64,000 nt of DNA from Eledone cirrhosa (lineage: Eukaryota), in the NCBI GenBank assembly GCA_964016885.1, contig OZ024743.1, positions 296,856,001-296,920,000 of the forward strand, read 5' to 3'. Below are positions 60,535 to 64,000 of this stretch, one piece after another. Position numbers and translations under genes: made by a program. Each line of letters starts with the position of its first letter. Position 1 is the stretch's first letter. The notes under the pieces were generated by a model that was given only the letters and a program-made list of their open reading frames with translations, did not search any database and was not told where the DNA came from.

Positions 60535-63500
60535 TCATCATCACCGTTTTACGTCCGTTCTTCCACGCTAGCATGGGTTACACGGGTTGTCCTGTTGTGG
60601 GCAGTGTCTGGTCGGCTGACCATGCCTTGCTTATACAGGAACTGATTTGGCTTGATTTCTACAGCTGTATGCCATTCTTAACACCAACCTCATTTACAGT
60701 GTGGGCTGGGTGCTTTTTTGCTGTGGCACCTCCACGACCACCTTGCAGTGGGAGGGTGTGGGGGCATATTGTCTATATGCTTCAGCTTGTACCCAAGGGA
60801 GGTCGGGTACTCTGTATTACTGCGTGACGCCAGAGGTCACGGTCATGTGTCATCGCCTTGGAGAGGTGTAATTGGGTAAGGTCGGCTTTTATCACTTCAT
60901 CCCAGGTCATCTTGGGTCTCCCCACTCCACGGTTTCCATCGACTTCTAGTGCTCTGCACCTTTTTATGCAGCTGTCATCCTTCATACGCATTTGATTCCT
61001 CTTATGCTCAGTCTCTCTCTCAATTCATTTATGCTTTGTCGGTTGCGTATATTACTATTACACATCCATCGGAGCATGCAGGCTTCGTTTCTCTCTAATC
61101 TACGTAAGTCTTCCACCTTCAGCGCACAGGTCTCACTACCATGTAACATTGCTGTTCGGATACACGCATCATACAGTCTGCCTTTCGTTTTGAGTGAGAA
61201 GTCTTTTGCAGCTAGCAGTGGCAGTAGTTCCCTGAACTTCTTCCATCCTGTTCTTACCCTAGTTATTGTACTTTCTGAACACCCACCTCCGCTGCTAATT
61301 CGGTCACCTAGGTAGCAGAAGCTGTCTACTGTCTATACAGAGCCCTCCCAGAGATTGGTGGTACTTGTTTCCTGTGGCTGTGTGCTGCTTGCTGTCCCAG
61401 TACAGCTGCTGCATGTGAAGCCTACATTCTTAATTAAGCTTCCTGAGATCCCACTACATCTCTTGTGTACCCATTGTTTGCATTTGGGGCAGAGAATGGA
61501 GTTCCTACCTACACCTTTCCTACATACTGAGCAAGGCCATTTCCCTGAGGGGATCTGGGTTCTGTTTTCTCGTCTACTTACAAGGACCTTAGTCTTTGTC
61601 ATGTTGACTTTGAGACCCTTTCTTTCTAGTCCCTGCTTCCAAGTTTGGAATTTCTTCTCTAGTTCTACCATAGATTCAGCTATAAGTGCGAGGTCATCAG
61701 CATACAGGAGTTCCCATGGGCATCCGGTCTTAAACTCCTCCGTTATTGCCTGCAGGTCTATGATGAACAGGAGAGGGCTAAGAACAGAGCCCTGGTGGAC
61801 ACCAACCTGTACGCTAAATTCCTCGCTATACTCACTGTTAATCCTAACTTTGCTGACTGCTCCCCTGTACATGGCTTGTACAGCTTTCAGAAGCCATTCA
61901 TCTACTCCTAGTTTTCTAAGAGCCCACCAGATTACAGCACGTGGAACTCTATCAAAGGCTTTCTTGAGATCGACAAATGCCAGGTAGAGTGGCTTACTTT
62001 TAGCTAGGTACTTTTCCTGTAACTGCCTCACAAGGAAGAGGGCATCAGTGGTGCCTCTTCCTGGTACAAACCCAAATTGCATCTCATCTAGTTTCACCTG
62101 GTCCCTAATCAACTGTGCTATAACTCTTTCTGTTACTTTCATGACCTGGTCCATCAGCTTTATACCTCTATAGTTTCCTCTATCGAGTGCATCACCTTTC
62201 CCTTTGTAGCAGTTGACAATGATGCTACTGCACCAATCATTTAGTGTGACCTACAGACCCAGATGCCTTCAGCATCTCGGCAGCTATACCCGATGGACCG
62301 GTTGCCTTCCCCATCTTCATATCTTTGATTGCCTTACTTACTACGCTGCTGCTGACTTTTACTGCTGGCCCCTCTATAGGGTCTACTTGGGGTAGGGTCT
62401 CTTCTTCCCATGCATTCTCCTCATTTAGTAATCTATCATAATGACTCTTCCATGCAACTTTCTTCTCAGCACTTGTGAGGGTAAGCTCACCTTTATCATT
62501 CCGGATACACTTCTCTCCAATGACATCACAATTCTCTCTGACACACTGCCTCGCAATCTTGAACACCTCCTGTTTCTGGTCCTCAAGTTGCAAAACATGT
62601 TTGAATTTTCTATCCTCTGCTTCCCTCTTAGCTAAGTATACTTGTCGCCTAGCTTCCCTCTTGGTTTCTATGTAATGTACCCTGCTCCCCCCGTTCTTCC
62701 ATTCTTTCCATCCCTGTCTCTTGGCCTTAACTGCCTCATCTACTTTATTGTTCCACCACCAAGTCACTCTCCTCCTGCTTGTGGTCTTACTCCAGCCACA
62801 GACCTCATCCGTCGCCTCTAGTAAGTTATTTTTTAGGAACTCTCAGTGCTCGTCTACATTGAATGTCTCTATCTGTTCTTCTCTACTGTCGTAGGCGTTG
62901 AGTAAAATATCTTTAAATCTGTTACTGGCTGAGGGGTCTTTCAGCTTCCAGATCTTTCTTCTCCAGGTTGGCCTCTGTTTCCAGGTTCATCTAGTTTTGA
63001 CCGTGAGGTCACTGACAACTAAGCTATGTTGGGAGGTACATTCCTCACTAGGGAAGGCTTTTGTGTTTACGACCGTCCATCTGTCACGTCCTCTGATGAG
63101 GATAAAATCTATCTGACTAGAATGCTCCCCTGATCTATAGGTGATCAGGTGGTTGTCGGGTTTTTTGAAGTTTGTGTTACATATCGATATGTCATTGGCG
63201 TCGCAGAATTCTAGAAGTCTGAATCCTTCTTCATTTCTTGTGCCAACTCCATGGCCTCCATGGACTCTATTGAAGCCGTCACAGTGTTTACCTACGTGTC
63301 CGTTAAAATCTCCTGCGATGATTAGGAAGTCATTGTCGTTTGTTAGAGCAGTAGTGTGCATTAGGGACTCGTAAAATCTATCTTTAAGTTCGTTTGACAA
63401 CCCCGATTGGGGTGCGTAAGCTGATATTATTGTGGTAATTGTTTTATTCAGGACTAGTCTGAGTTTAATGATTCTTGCATTTACCCTGTACACTGAGATT

Positions 63501-63930
63501 ACTTTATCTACCCACTTGTCAGCTAGTAGTATACCTACACCACCCATCCCATCGTCATTTCCCACCCAGAAAAATTTGTAGCACCGACTTTTTCCTACAA
63601 GGACTCTAGCAGACTCTCCTCTCCATCTAGTCTCTTGCACACAGCATACATCAATTTCCTTTCGCTCTAGCATTTCTACTATTTCTCCTGCTCTTCCTTT
63701 TATTGTGCTTACATTGATGGTACCAACTCGGAGTTTTGGGCATTTGTCGACACTCGTAGGCAAGGGTCGATTTTTGCAGGGGTGTGTGTGTGCTTCCTTT
63801 CTCTGGATTGGGGCTTCACATGGGTGCTTGGTAGCTCGCGGATTCATATTCATTTCATCTATTAATTCAGAGTTGCTCCAATTTATTCTCAGCTCATCCA
63901 TACATAACGGTAGGAAAATTCAGGGCTAGA
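60535..63930 (-). mobile_element. RTE-clade LINE family B, near full length (APE endonuclease + RT + PHD), pseudogenised
   Basis: APE motifs GTINV, VQETRW, SAYAPQ, GDFNGH, QIDFIL and SQH (62987-63901); RT at 61333-62154 with YADD. Frameshifts or deletions near 62987, 62240, 61335 and 60992, and a stop near 62845. (CAT)n tail at 60535. Confidence 0.93.
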
Positions 63931-64000
63931 AGAACAGTGGTGGTGGTAATAACTTAATTATTATAATTAGTAGTATCTTAATTATTATCATAATTTTCTT

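Noticed and set aside
57805-63929. Antisense ORFs overlapping the RTE elements
   Set aside because: These are shadow frames of the LINE coding strand with no independent motifs.

Overview
Eukaryotic, AT-rich, repeat-dense genomic DNA; the SINE/LINE repertoire looks like a coleoid cephalopod such as Octopus (inference). One host gene runs on the + strand: nine GT-AG coding exons (13585-57333, 1440 nt, 480 codons, all phases compatible) of an ELAPOR1/2 (KIAA1324/UPF0577) family protein. The signal-peptide exon and the C-terminal exons were not found in the window. The rest is mobile or repetitive DNA: a decayed Helitron (1-4143, -), a Penelope-like RT fragment inside a (TA)n tract, several RTE-clade LINE families with a PHD finger inserted in the RT, tRNA-derived SINEs, TA- and TTAA-type MITEs and a mariner relic. 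An 8.2-kb intronic array of 28-30 bp units appears to be the amplified A-box head of a local SINE and shows higher-order duplications. A compact type-I hammerhead ribozyme motif lies at 41470-41513. All calls were made by eye; no alignments or searches were run.
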